From NCBI GenBank assembly GCA_965113315.1, contig OZ220364.1: a stretch of 64,000 nucleotides of DNA; one strand, given 5' to 3'. The position numbers and the translations under genes are program-made. Below are positions 1 to 10,410 of the stretch, in pieces. The stretch's first letter is position 1; the number at the start of each line of letters is the position of its first letter. The DNA is from Podarcis vaucheri (Eukaryota). Under the pieces are notes generated by a model. The model was not told the DNA's origin. It saw only the letters and a program-made list of their open reading frames with translations, and did not search any database.

Positions 1-290
1 ATCTACGCCCCTCGTCCGGTTCACCTTTTAAAAAACAGCTTCGGTTAGGTAGGCTGCAACAGGGACTTCTCAACATCAGTAGCTACACCGTAAATCCAAG
101 TATTGATGCCCTATAGGCAGGGTGGAGGCAGTGAACAGAGAGCCTCAAATGAAAACCAGTTAGGCCGATTGTGACTGTAGAACAGAGCACCCGTTTCCCC
201 AGATTAGAAAAGGGGGAGCCAAAATCTATGCAAACAGAAGATGAACCACACACACATGTACACACACAGAGAGACAAACAGTATGCACAC

Positions 291-456
291 CATAGCTGTC
301 AACTTTCAGATTTGAAAATAAGGGATCAGCAGCCTCAACTGTCCCGGGGACAGTCTACAGGATATCTAACAATCCAGGATAGCAGCATGAAGCAGCGGGA
401 AACGGCACTGGAATAAGGGAATTTCCTGCAAAAAAAGGAAAAGGTTTACAGCTATG
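291..456. mobile_element. short hAT-like non-autonomous DNA transposon (MITE)
   Basis: TIRs CATAGCTGTCAAC ... GTTTACAGCTATG (1 mismatch); flanks atgcacac / atgcaggc resemble a decayed 8-bp TSD. Confidence 0.6.
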
Positions 457-460
457 ATGC

Positions 461-474
461 AGGCAGGCAGGCAG

Positions 475-516
<42 letters not shown>

Positions 517-520
517 ACAC
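461..520. repeat. (AGGC)n followed by (CA)n microsatellite
   Basis: Directly visible tandem repeats. Confidence 0.95.
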
Positions 521-769
521 CATGCTGCAGGGAGCATGTTTCTGCTGGACCAGTTGCACTGCAGAACAGGGGATATCCCTGAACCAGGGTGTAGGATGGA
601 TATACTGGGCAAACTGGGTTTGTGATGGCAGTACTAAGTCTGGGACAGAGATGACCTTCTAAAGTTGTCCCTTCACCTGATGTTTGCAGTGGGGAGGGGT
701 GTTATTTTTTCCTGTAGACTCTGCTTCCAAAGATAGTAAAAAGGGGAGGATACTTCCTATTCTATAAAG

Positions 770-890
770 GAGGGGGTGGCGAAACTGGCCTCCCAGTGTT
801 GCTGGATTACAACTCCCATCATCCCTGACCATTGGCCATGATGGCTGTGGACAATGGGAGCTGGGAGAGCCATGGTTTCCTCATTCCTAA
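770..890. mobile_element. short dispersed repeat (probable old MITE); related copies near 22560-22680, 41805-41925, 47457-47592, 49640-49770, 51190-51295, 59475-59587
   Basis: Shared core like ctacaactcccatcatccctgaccattggcc ... atgggagttgtag recurs through the window with internal symmetry. Confidence 0.55.
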
Positions 891-1296
891 TTTTAAGTGC
901 CATTTGACATAGAGGAACTTCAGGGCCCCCATGGTTGTACATGACACAAGAGTTCTGCCTCCACCCTCCGCAAAAGAGGGCTTTTCCCCCTTCTTCACTC
1001 CTTCTGTATCCAGCACATTTGTCCGCAAAAATCAAAGTGAAACCTTTATGCCATATAACTTGCTGTAGGGTTAGGGTCGCTGAAGGGCAGCCGGTTAATT
1101 TTGTCGACTGGGTAAGTTGGGGAAATGGCACATTTCAGGAGGAGTCAGATCTTGGTGCCTTGTTGCCGTCACTGTTGTTCGAACGGAGCTGCCCTGCGTG
1201 CTTGGGAGCGCAACTGGCGGGCCCTGTGGCTAGGGGGGTGTCGTGGCCTTTGACTTGTGGGCTCCCCACCTGAGTGCCCGTGTGGCTCCTTCACAG

Positions 1297-1431
1297 GCAG
1301 CCAGTCGGAAACGCACAGAAAGGTCTCTGCCTCCGCCAGTAGCCCCTGCGACTCCAGCACAGCCTCGACGCCTGTTGGGGAGCAGATTGAGCGGGCCCTG
1401 GATGAGGTAACGCAGCAGGGTGCATTGAAAG
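1297..1431 (+). CDS. DBN1: drebrin internal coding exon (GSQSETHRKVSASASSPCDSSTASTPVGEQIERALDEVTQQGALK)
   Basis: tcacag acceptor, G|gtacgt donor; peptide matches drebrin SDSSTASTPVAEQIERALDEVT; phase 1-1. Confidence 0.9.
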
Positions 1432-1547
1432 GTACGTGCAGCCCCCTCGCCCCTATAGGCTTGCCCCCCTCCTGGGTCCTCGGGCTGCAGGCTCCCTCCC
1501 TCCAGGTCTGCTGAGGAACCTCCCCTCTCGCTTCCTCCCTGCTGCAG

Positions 1548-2287
1548 ACTCCTCCAGCCCCAGCAGTGACGAGACAGCAGTGGCATCCGCAATGAGCTGG
1601 GCCCCTGCCAGCGTGGAGCCTCCGATGGAGAAGGCCGAGGAACCCCCTGTGGGGGCCACAGCCTGGCAGGCAGCGGACTGGGCAGAGCCGCAGCAAGGCG
1701 GGGCTGGCCCCACGGAAGACCTGGTGTTTCCAGAGCCCAAAGACGAGCCTCTGTTCCCTGACGCCCCGCCTCCCAAAGAAGAGCCTCTGTTCCCAGCAGC
1801 CCCTCTGCCCATGCAGAGCGAAGGCGCCCTGGATCTGGGCGAGGCCTTTGGCTTCTCCCAGCCCCCCGCCCCACCCTCAGAGAACATCCTTGACCTGTGG
1901 CAGAATGACAGCGCTGCGGCCGAGCCCACCCCTCCCGCCGCCTGGGAGCTCCAGGGCGGGCCCCCCACCCCAGCCCCGTGGGACCTTCATGACGGGCCGC
2001 CCGCCGCCCCCATGCTGGTCGAGGTGGATGCCCCCCCAGGGGCGGTGGAGCCCCCGCCCTCCGCCAGCCTCCTGGAAGACAACCTGTTGAACTTCAACGA
2101 CCTGCCCGAGCCCCCGGCCACCTTCTGTGACGCTGAGCAGGATGAAGAGCCGGCCAGCATCATTGCCATTGAGGGGCTGCACCAGATGACCCTCAGCTAC
2201 CAGCATGCCCTGCAGGAAGCTTCTGGGGTGCACCAAGAGCCCCAGCTGCTCACCAACGGGGAGACGGCCCAAAAGGAAAGCACGCAG
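1548..2287 (+). CDS. DBN1: drebrin large Pro/Glu-rich exon with Homer-ligand PPATF
   Basis: ctgcag acceptor, CAG|gtgagg donor; contains LLNFNDLPEPPATFCD and PQLLTNGETAQKESTQ, characteristic of the drebrin C-terminal region. Confidence 0.93.
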
Positions 2288-2851
2288 GTGAGGAGAGGGG
2301 CGCTCAGGCTGGCAGCAGGGCCTGGGGGGCACTTCTGAAAGCTCCTAGCCCTGCCTTGCAGATCAAAACAGAGGATCGTGAGGTACCACAGCTTGCTTCT
2401 GCGTGTTCATTTGAAGTGTGTCTCCTTTGGGCCCTGCCACTGGAGAAGTAATAATAATAATACTTTTGTAATTTATGTGCTGCCCAACTGATTGGGTTGG
2501 CCCAGCCACCCCCGGGTGGCTTGCAACAAATTAAAACACCAAGCACAGTAAAACATCAAACATTTAAACCTTCCCTATGCATGACACATCTTCTTTCATG
2601 TCTTATTTATACACGCACAGACGAAATATTTGTTTATTGATTGATGTTGAAGAATGATGATGTTCCACGAACTTTTGGACCCTTTCACGCGTGCTAGCTC
2701 ATGGGTAGCTTGAGCATTTTACTCCTCAGGCCTTCGTTGTCTGAGAGTACAAAACCAGAAAGTGATTGTTGCTCTGGGTTAACTGGGAAGGGAAAGAATA
2801 GGGACACCTTCCAAAGCACAGCACATGCCACGGTTTGCTTTTCTCTTCCAG

Positions 2852-2954
2852 ACCAGCGAGGGTTATTTCAGCCAATCACAAGATGAAGACTTTAACCAAT
2901 CAGAAGAACCATCTGCTAAAGCTCCTCCTCCAGTGTTCTACAATAAGCCCCCAG
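2852..2954 (+). CDS. DBN1: drebrin penultimate coding exon (TSEGYFSQSQDEDFNQSEEPSAKAPPPVFYNKPP)
   Basis: ttccag acceptor, G|gtgagg donor; near-identical to the drebrin SEGYFSQSQ...KAPPPVFYNKPP segment. Confidence 0.95.
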
Positions 2955-3104
2955 GTGAGGATCAGGGATGGATGGGAAGATCCACCTTTGCGCTTCCTCT
3001 TCTGGGGACCCCAGAAGAGCGGGCTTTGGGGACCACCCCTTTTGAAAGGGGGGAACGAGCTAGCCACCCTCCCTCACAGGTCATGCATTTGATTCCCCCC
3101 TCAG

Positions 3105-3175
3105 AGATTGATATCACCTGTTGGGATGCGGACCCAGTGCCAGAAGACGAGGAGAACTTTGGGGGCAGCGTTTAA
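3105..3175 (+). CDS. DBN1: drebrin last coding exon (EIDITCWDADPVPEDEENFGGSV*)
   Basis: cctcag acceptor; EIDITCWDADPVPE is the conserved drebrin C-terminus; TAA at 3173-3175. Confidence 0.95.
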
Positions 3176-4060
3176 GGCCAGCTCCCCTGCCCGACTCCTG
3201 TATCCTGCACCCAGCGAGCCCAGCGAGTGCAAGCCTGGAGCAGCCGCAGTGAGGGCCTGGTGCCTGCTTGCTCCGTATTGTAGCCCTGCGGACCAGGGCC
3301 TAAGATTGTGCCCCAGCCAGACAGGATATTCTCCATGGTACTCCGGGGTAACTTTTTCCAGCTCTCTTTCTCTTTCTCTCTCTTCTCCCTGTTTTTCTAA
3401 TGTTGTCAAATAGGAAACGTGTAAATCTGCCTGGTCCCCCTCTTTGTTGGTAGCTTCCCTGCAGATCCTTCCCCCTCCCAATTGCCTCTGCCCATTGGGT
3501 TTTTTCTGACACCCCCCCAAATGCCATGTATACCATCTGGGTTGATCTCCTGTGAGTGCTGCTCTTGGGGGTGGGTGGGGAGGGTCGCTTCCTCCTCTCA
3601 GACTCTGCCCAGAGTTTTGAGTATTTTGCACGAATTTAAAATAAAATATGGCAATAAAATGGCCCTTGTGTGGGCAAGGCTCTGGCTCCCACCCCCCCAC
3701 TTCTCTGTTTGGTCCCCCCAACACACACCTGAGGCACCCAGCGAAGCAAAGGAGAGCCCCCTCCATCTCTGGGCTCTAGCAGCAAGGAACGTTCCCCCCC
3801 CCTCCAGAGTTCTGCGCCCAAATGCCCCTCTTGTTTCAGAAATAAGCCCATTTCAGACCCTTCTCCTTAGGCCTTTATTTGCCCTGAGAGCCTGGGACAA
3901 GGGGAGACTCTGGGTGGGCTCTTCCCCCCTCCAAAAAACCCTTTCCTCTTTCCCTACCCTCTTTCCTCTTTCATTCCATGCTTGGTTTCCTTTCTCTCAC
4001 GTACAGTAATTGTTTTTTTGAAAGCACAAATTCTGTAACAGCAATGTGCTTATGTATGTT

Positions 4061-4070
4061 AATAAATAAA
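4061..4070 (+). terminator. DBN1: likely main DBN1 polyadenylation signal (overlapping AATAAA x2)
   Basis: aataaataaa followed by GT-rich and poly-T downstream element (about 4095-4135); proximal AATAAA also at 3640-3645 and 3653-3658. Confidence 0.65.
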
Positions 4071-4613
4071 TTGATTCCAAGCAGGGCAGCTGGCTTTGTA
4101 GTGCAGGGTGCCTTTTTTTTTTTTTTTTTTTTTGCTTTCAAAGGTGGGGCAGGATTAATGAGGCAACGCAAGACCACCGGGTGGTCGGGTGGGCATATTC
4201 CACAGACCAAAACAGCTGGTCTTTTATTCAGAGTTTTTTCAGTAGCTGCTTTTAAGGGCCAAAAATGTACTTTGATGGGGTAGGGGTATGAAAGCTGAGG
4301 GGAATTATTATTTTAAGCAACTGGAACACTTTGAACGTGGCATTGTCTGGTCTATAGTGGGCCCTGCGTGAAGTCATAGCCTGAGCAGGAGAACTCACCA
4401 CTAGATGTCGCTGCCAACAAAGGAATGTGTTTCTGGAACATGCCTAGGCCTCCATCCTCCTAATTCTGTGGGATTATTTAGGAATGGGGTTGCTTCACTT
4501 CCTGCCACAGTGCACATGGGACTCTTTAAAAGCACAGCACACCCACCGTTTTCACAGCACAGACTCATCAACCACCCAGCACCAGGTTTGTAATAAATCA
4601 GGTTCCACAAACT

Positions 4614-4619
4614 TTTATT
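4614..4619 (-). terminator. PRR7: likely PRR7 polyadenylation signal
   Basis: AATAAA on minus strand about 330 nt after the PRR7 stop, preceded by a U-rich tract; a second AATAAA at 4223-4228. Confidence 0.6.
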
Positions 4620-4950
4620 ATTTTCAAAATGTAACAAACGAAAAATAGGAAACGAACCCAAAGGCCCCCTTGCAGTCAGCACCAACAGAGCCTGTAGCGG
4701 GCCCAGAAAAAGGGGAGTGGGCGAGATGGGGAGACCAGCCCCAATCTCACCCTGGCCAGGAGGTCAAAGAGCAGCTGGGGGGGGAGAGATCTTTGCACTG
4801 TGAGGGCTCATGGCCCAGACATGGCTGGAAGGCTCGGACTGAGAGGCTTGGTGGCTCCCGCAGACCAAGGGAACAAACAGGCTGCCGGGATCCTCCAGCT
4901 TGTGTGCAGCAGCAGCAGCCACAGTCCCACCCAGGGCGCGGCATGGCGTG

Positions 4951-5339
4951 CTAAACTGCAGTAGTCCTGCCAAACAAAGGCATTGAGACCGGCAGGTGCC
5001 AGGGCCCCGGCTCATAGCTGTCTCTGGCGCTGAATTCTGAGTCTGTCCAGCTGGGGAAGATGCGCTGCGAGTGCTCAGCCTCCAAGTAGAGGTTGGTGCA
5101 GGTGGGGCCCCGGCTGGCTGTGCTGGGCAGGTGGAGCGCTGAGCTGTAGCCCCGGTCCAGGAAGAGGGGCTTGTAGCTGGGCGGCTGCTCCTGCTTCTCC
5201 GGCTGCTCGTGGCTCAGGAAGGGGGTGGTGATCTTGCGGTACAAGCCGCGCGTGTCCGTCAGCACTTCGCTGTAAGGCGGCGGCGGCTCGGCCATCAGCA
5301 CTGCTTCCTCGTAGCAAGGTGGCTTGGATGGATCTGGTT
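4951..5339 (-). CDS. PRR7: PRR7 last coding exon ([36 protein letters not shown]...PLFGRTTAV*)
   Basis: ttgcag acceptor; PPxY WW-ligand motifs and the C-terminal PDZ-binding RTTAV typical of PRR7; TAG at 4953-4951. Confidence 0.95.
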
Positions 5340-5664
5340 CTGCAAGCAAAGCAATCACAGTGACCCGAGTGCAAGGAACTGATACAGTTAAGCGTGCCAT
5401 CCCACCATTGCCTGCTCTCTCCCCCCCCCCCCCAGGCATACAAAATACAAGCTCACCTGTCCCAAGCAAGGTTTGGGGAGAGACAGAAACACAAACACCC
5501 TAAGCTCTATTATCACAACCCAAGAGCTGGCTACAACCACAGACCTACACTTCACAGGCAAGCAAATGGGATCAGGGATGGTGCAAGACTTTGGATATAC
5601 GGAATGGGCATTCTGACCTCACCTTCCTCTTAAATAAGCTTCCTGAGATCCTGCCCACTTCAGC

Positions 5665-5882
5665 CCTGCATACCTGAAAGGGCTTCTCCACCCCCATCAT
5701 TCAGACACAGGTCCAGCTCTGAGGGCCTTTTGGCGCTTCCCTCACTGCGAGATGTGAATTTACAGGGAACCAGGCAGAGGGCCATTTCTGCAGTGGCACC
5801 CACCCTGTGGAACACTCTTGTGTCAGATGTCAAGGAAATAAACAACTATCTGACTTTTAGAAGGCTTCTGAAGGCAGCCCAA
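5665..5882 (+). mobile_element. LINE (L2/CR1-group) 3' ORF2 fragment in PRR7 intron
   Basis: Translates to RAISAVAPTLWNTLVSDVKEINNYLTFRRLLKAA, the AFS..AP.LWN.LP...F...LK C-terminal signature of L2-type ORF2. Confidence 0.7.
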
Positions 5883-6002
5883 AGCAATGTTTTGTTTCAT
5901 TCCTTCATATTTTGCTGGGAGCTGCCATTAAGGGAGCTGAAACTTTGCAGGCTCTGGGTGAAGGCTGAACCCTTTCAGCCTACTGGAGGCAGCTTTGGCT
6001 CC

Positions 6003-6166
6003 CTTAGCTGTGGCTCAGTGGTGGGGCATCTGCCTTGCATCCAGAAGGTTGCAGGTTCAATCCCCAGCATCTCCAGAGAGGGCGGGGAGATCCCTGCGTG
6101 AAACCCTGGGGAGCCCCTGCCAGCCAGTCCAGCCCGTCCTAGGCTAGATGGACCAGTGGCCTGACT
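6003..6166 (+). mobile_element. tRNA-derived SINE; related copies near 16020-16155(-), 38975-39130(+), 50325-50480(+), 52225-52370(-)
   Basis: A-box-like tggctcagtgg and B-box-like ggttcaatcccc; shared 3' part ctagatggaccagtggcctgact. Confidence 0.65.
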
Positions 6167-6273
6167 TCCTCTGTTCTCGCCAGCCAGCTACCCACCTGCA
6201 GAAGCAGCGCTCCTCCCAAACGCGACTGTATTCTGCACCAGGAGTGGGCTCAGTCCCCTTCGGGTGCCCTTAC

Positions 6274-6604
6274 CATGCCTGCAGCTCCACGGCCTCGGGG
6301 GTGGGAGGTGAGGGCGATGGGGCTCGATCCGGAGTCGGTGAGGTACCGCGATGCCCGGTGGGTTCCTGATGTACCCGCCCCCGTAGCCGGAGCCCCCATA
6401 GGCAGGGCCCCCATAGCCCTCGTAGTGGAGGGGCTCCATCTCCAGGGTGCGCAGGTGCTGCTCTCGCAGCCGCTCCTCCTGCCGCCGCTTCATGCGCCGC
6501 CGCAGGTAGCTGCAGAAGCAACATAGCAACACAATGAGCCCCCAGATCAGCCAGAAGCCGGCAAAGCAGGTGAGGAACGTGTAGGTGCCGTGGGACATCA
6601 CCAT
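6274..6604 (-). CDS. PRR7: PRR7 first coding exon ([49 protein letters not shown]...): single TM helix and Cys cluster; 239 aa with the next exon
   Basis: N-terminus near-identical to PRR7; G|gtaagg donor in phase 1 joins 5339; in-frame upstream TGA supports this ATG; probable exon acceptor tttgcag|6733. Confidence 0.95.
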
Positions 6605-9600
6605 CTTCGCTCCGGAGGACTGGCAGAGGTTTCGCCCTACGAGCTTTGAAGCCAAGGAGTTTATTCAGTTCCAGCTTTGGGGGTGGGGGGTGGGCAGGAG
6701 ACTCTTTCTCTCTTTCCCCCACTTTTGGGTCTTCTGCAAAGAGGCAGGGACTAGGCTGAGTTCTGCGGGTGCCTTTGCCTGCTCTGCTTCCTCCCTTGCT
6801 GCCTAGTCATGTTGATGGGATCACAAGCTTCCCCTCTGCTCTCCTTGTACGTCCAGTTTTGCCTTTTCCCCAAAGATTGTGCAGGGTGCTCTCTTTCAGC
6901 CGCAGTACAATCCAGGGGCCACCACCAACAGGGCCCTGCTTCAGTCAAGGCAGTGGAAGCAGGGTCTGCAGCAGCTCAGCCCCTTGTGAGTTACGCGGCC
7001 TCCCGGAGGTGCTCCACAACTGCAGCCATGGAAGAGGTTGGCCGGAGACTGGGGCGCAGGCTTGGGCCTTTCACGGAGAGGGGGGAGTTCTGGCTCCTAA
7101 AGGAGCCCAAGGGAGGAAAGGAGAGTGCTGGGAAGGCTCATGGGCACGGCCTGTGCTCTCTTCTTCAAACTCCTGAGTTCTTGGATACTTGGGGTAACAC
7201 GACCAGTAACACCAGCACCCAGCCCAACTTCTTCCCATTGCTGGCTCGGGGCTTTGCAGGGCCAACAGCACTTCCGACAGGAGCTCGCTCCCTGCAAACA
7301 GACAGACAATGCCATTGATTGTAGGAGGGGACAGACAAGTGCTATTTTGCAGAACCCACCCTGCCTGCTCTAAGCCCCTCCCCAGCTAACGAGCACAAGC
7401 CACTGGTGGTCCAATGAAGGGGTGTAGAGCTTAGACCCTGACTGCAAACACTGCCCTCCCCTTGAACACAAAAGCCTACGGCTTGACTTGGCTTCCCACC
7501 CGTTGCAAAGTAGAGGGGAGGAAAGCTTTTGGTTAAATTGGGTGTATTGTACAGCCTCCTACCCCTGTCCAGCAATCTAAGCCTGTGACTACCAAGTGGG
7601 CATGTGCCCCCTTTCATGCAGCCACAGTACTGCCCACACATTCACCATCACATGTGCCCACTCTCATTCATGCACTGAACACTCATAGATCAGGCTGGGC
7701 TTACAGCATTCAGGCATGCTCCTTGCACAGGTTGCAACCAAATCTGTGGACCCCCATCGCCCTGGCCATTTCCGACTGAGGCGATAAACTTCCAGGGATG
7801 GAGCAAACCCAAATTCCAGACCTGCTGCTGCTGCTGTGGCAGTGAAAGGGAGGACTCACGAAACAGCAGGGCACAAAAGGGAGAGGCCAAGAGAAGACAG
7901 CAAAGCACAAGTACCAGAGCACTACCTCACTTCTCCTCCTGATGGCACTGCTAGCCCAACGGCACTCCTCTGCTCATCCACAAACCATCACAGAAGCCTC
8001 CTGCCCACACATGTCACAGCTTCACCCCTCAAGGGACTGCTCTCCACATGGTGCATCTCACGCCACTGCCAAGATGTGTGCTGATTCCTCCTTCTCTGCC
8101 TTCGCTTACCCCCTACCCCCAGGTAATGGGTGCCAAGCAACAACCTCCCATTCATAGCAAAGCTGTTTCCAATGCAGCTTAAGGACCACTAAGCGCAAAG
8201 CAGGTTGCCCTAAGCTAAAACTGGACTTTGACACTTGCATCAGGTAAAGGCCCCACCATCAGCTCCATCTCCACCCTCCTCCTGCCTGCTTGTTAGTTCT
8301 GATGTCTGCCAGTAGCTAGGCCACCATAATCCAAGGCAAGTAAGTATGTTATTCCCAGGATATTTCATAAATGGACTGATCCCAGTACCCCATTTCAGGA
8401 AATCACAATCACTCCAGAGGGAGAATTCCTCCTGCATGTATACTGCATCAGATCACAAGCTGTGGGGATGAGGTGATCTGAATCTTGCCTTTGTACACTT
8501 AGGCTGTATTCTAGACCGGCACACATGCAGCAAGAGGTATTCCACATTCCACCCAGGCAAAGAGAGGAGGAGGCTGCAGAAGAGGGCAGCAGGGGGCGTG
8601 GCCTAGGCAGGGAGGGTGCAACCAAGGGCCAGGTAGAGAGGCCTGTTGTTGCCCACTTTTGGCTAGTGTGCACCCTATTTAACTTGGGAATCTCTGTAAG
8701 CACCGTTCATAGAATGGCCTTTCAAAGTGTCATCAGAGCTTCCCCAAATGTTAACAGGACCTATTTGGGATTAGACCTTTCTGAGTAACTCTGTACTGAG
8801 GAACAACTCCATTTCTCCTTTAAAAGTATCTCACTGTCACCTCAAACACAGCTGAGAGGGTATTCCCCACCATATCAAGGCATTAAGAGATAAGCCTGCA
8901 AGCTTTTATTATTGCTTACACTAAGCCAGCCTTCTTATCAGAGCCCAAACCAGCCGCTAAAACTTCAGAAGTGGGCTGAGCTTCAGCCTCGTGTGGATCT
9001 CCTTCACGCTACCGAGAGCCCCTGTCAGCTGCCAACCCTGTTGGTGTGTTTTAAATGTACAGAGCCAGAGTGCATGATCGGCAGCCATTAACAGTTAAGG
9101 TTAACAGCTAGCAACTAAGCTGTGTTCCTGGATCTGTTCTCTTGCTTCACATCAGGTCAGATCAAGGCCAAGTGTTCTTTGCAAGAAGCCCATCAGTCAA
9201 CAAGCACTGAGTGCTCTGTCAGAAACAGGGACCCTGGTCTAAGTAGGCTGCTGTTTACCTTCCACCTGCCTGCCATACATCATAAGGCAGGTGCAAATCA
9301 ATACCAGTAAGCATTAAACTGTTTAGTCAGAAGAGACACCACAGGCCAGCCAATCACAGAAAATGCCTGAAATGTCAGTCTTCTAGCCTCAATACAGTTG
9401 ACCACTGCTTAACGTCTTCCTCATAATGGCCCTATAATAAAGTTTTGGGTTTGAATGGACCCTTTTGCCACTTGTGTGATGCTTGTCTGGATCATTTCCT
9501 TTGTTATTATCCATATTCTAAGGCAGTAGCCCCCAAATATTCCATCTGGGACTCAGCCAACTGAACTATATATTACCTTGAGCTATAGGCCTTCTGAATC

Positions 9601-10209
9601 TTTGACAAGGCACATAGATAAGCCTTTCTACTTATCTATGTGCAGGCCCATTATTAAAAACACAAATTACATTAAGACTGTCAAGTTTACATTCAGAAGT
9701 GGTGGCCACAAGTTAGAAGAAAAAGGAAGTGTAACTGGGTAAGCAGGTGGGTGGCTGAATCCACACAGGAAATGAAGCAGCCCGTGAAACGGGTTGAATG
9801 GGAATGTCCTTTGTCCCTTCTTTGAACGCACGTGTCCCAGTTGGTGGCTCCATCAAGGAAGTGTGACTGAGCTAAAACAAGCCCAGGAAGAACAACTTTG
9901 CAGTTGCCAATATGGCAGCAACAGGGGAGATCAAGCCCCCCCCCCTTCCTCCCAGTTTACTCTTCCCCAAAATCTGCTAATTAAAAACAGGATTTTCTAA
10001 GGAACTACAAAATTTCAGCGTGATTAGGTCAACAGCAAGCTGACATTAACTAAATGCCCACAAAAAAGGCTGCAAATGATCATGTTGTACAAGGGTGAAA
10101 TTTGTTAATAGGCCCTGAATTCAGCTTTCCGGGAAATATTTATGTTTAAAGTATGTTTCTAACCTTTATTGCCATGAAGGCAGGCTTGTAAGGTTAAGCA
10201 ATGTGTCAT

Positions 10210-10410
10210 GACAGACTGGTTAAGTGGTTAGAGTACTGGGACAGGACCAGAGAAACCAGGGCTCAAATCCACACTCAGTCATGAAACTCGCTTGGTTCAG
10301 CTACTATCCTATAGCATAGCCTAACCCACTGGGTTGTTGTGAAGGAAAAATAGCAGAGGGCCAAGGTATGTGGCTCTGAGTAACGCGGAGGAAAGCAGAG
10401 AAATAAATGT
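10210..10410 (+). mobile_element. degenerate tRNA-derived (MIR/Squam-like) SINE
   Basis: gtggttagagtactgg ... gggctcaaatccacactcagtcatgaaactc ... gggttgttgtgaagg; similar to the 62547 copy. Confidence 0.5.

Noticed and set aside
1-1296. Search for the drebrin A-specific insert exon
   Set aside because: No matching peptide found; presumably upstream of the window
1404-1412. Alternative DBN1 donor GAG|gtaacg
   Set aside because: Would remove 25 nt and frameshift the next exon; the 1431 donor is phase-correct
1169-2332. Several 150-214 aa minus-strand ORFs over the DBN1 exons
   Set aside because: Antisense shadows of GC-rich coding sequence; no recognisable domain
3101-4009. 221-aa (-) and 175-aa (+) ORFs in the DBN1 3'UTR
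   Set aside because: UTR-like composition and no recognisable homology; the plus-strand ORF has a non-ATG start
6605-6655. N-terminal extension of PRR7 (MASKLVGRN...)
   Set aside because: Starts at TTG just after an in-frame TGA; the conserved start is MVMS at 6604
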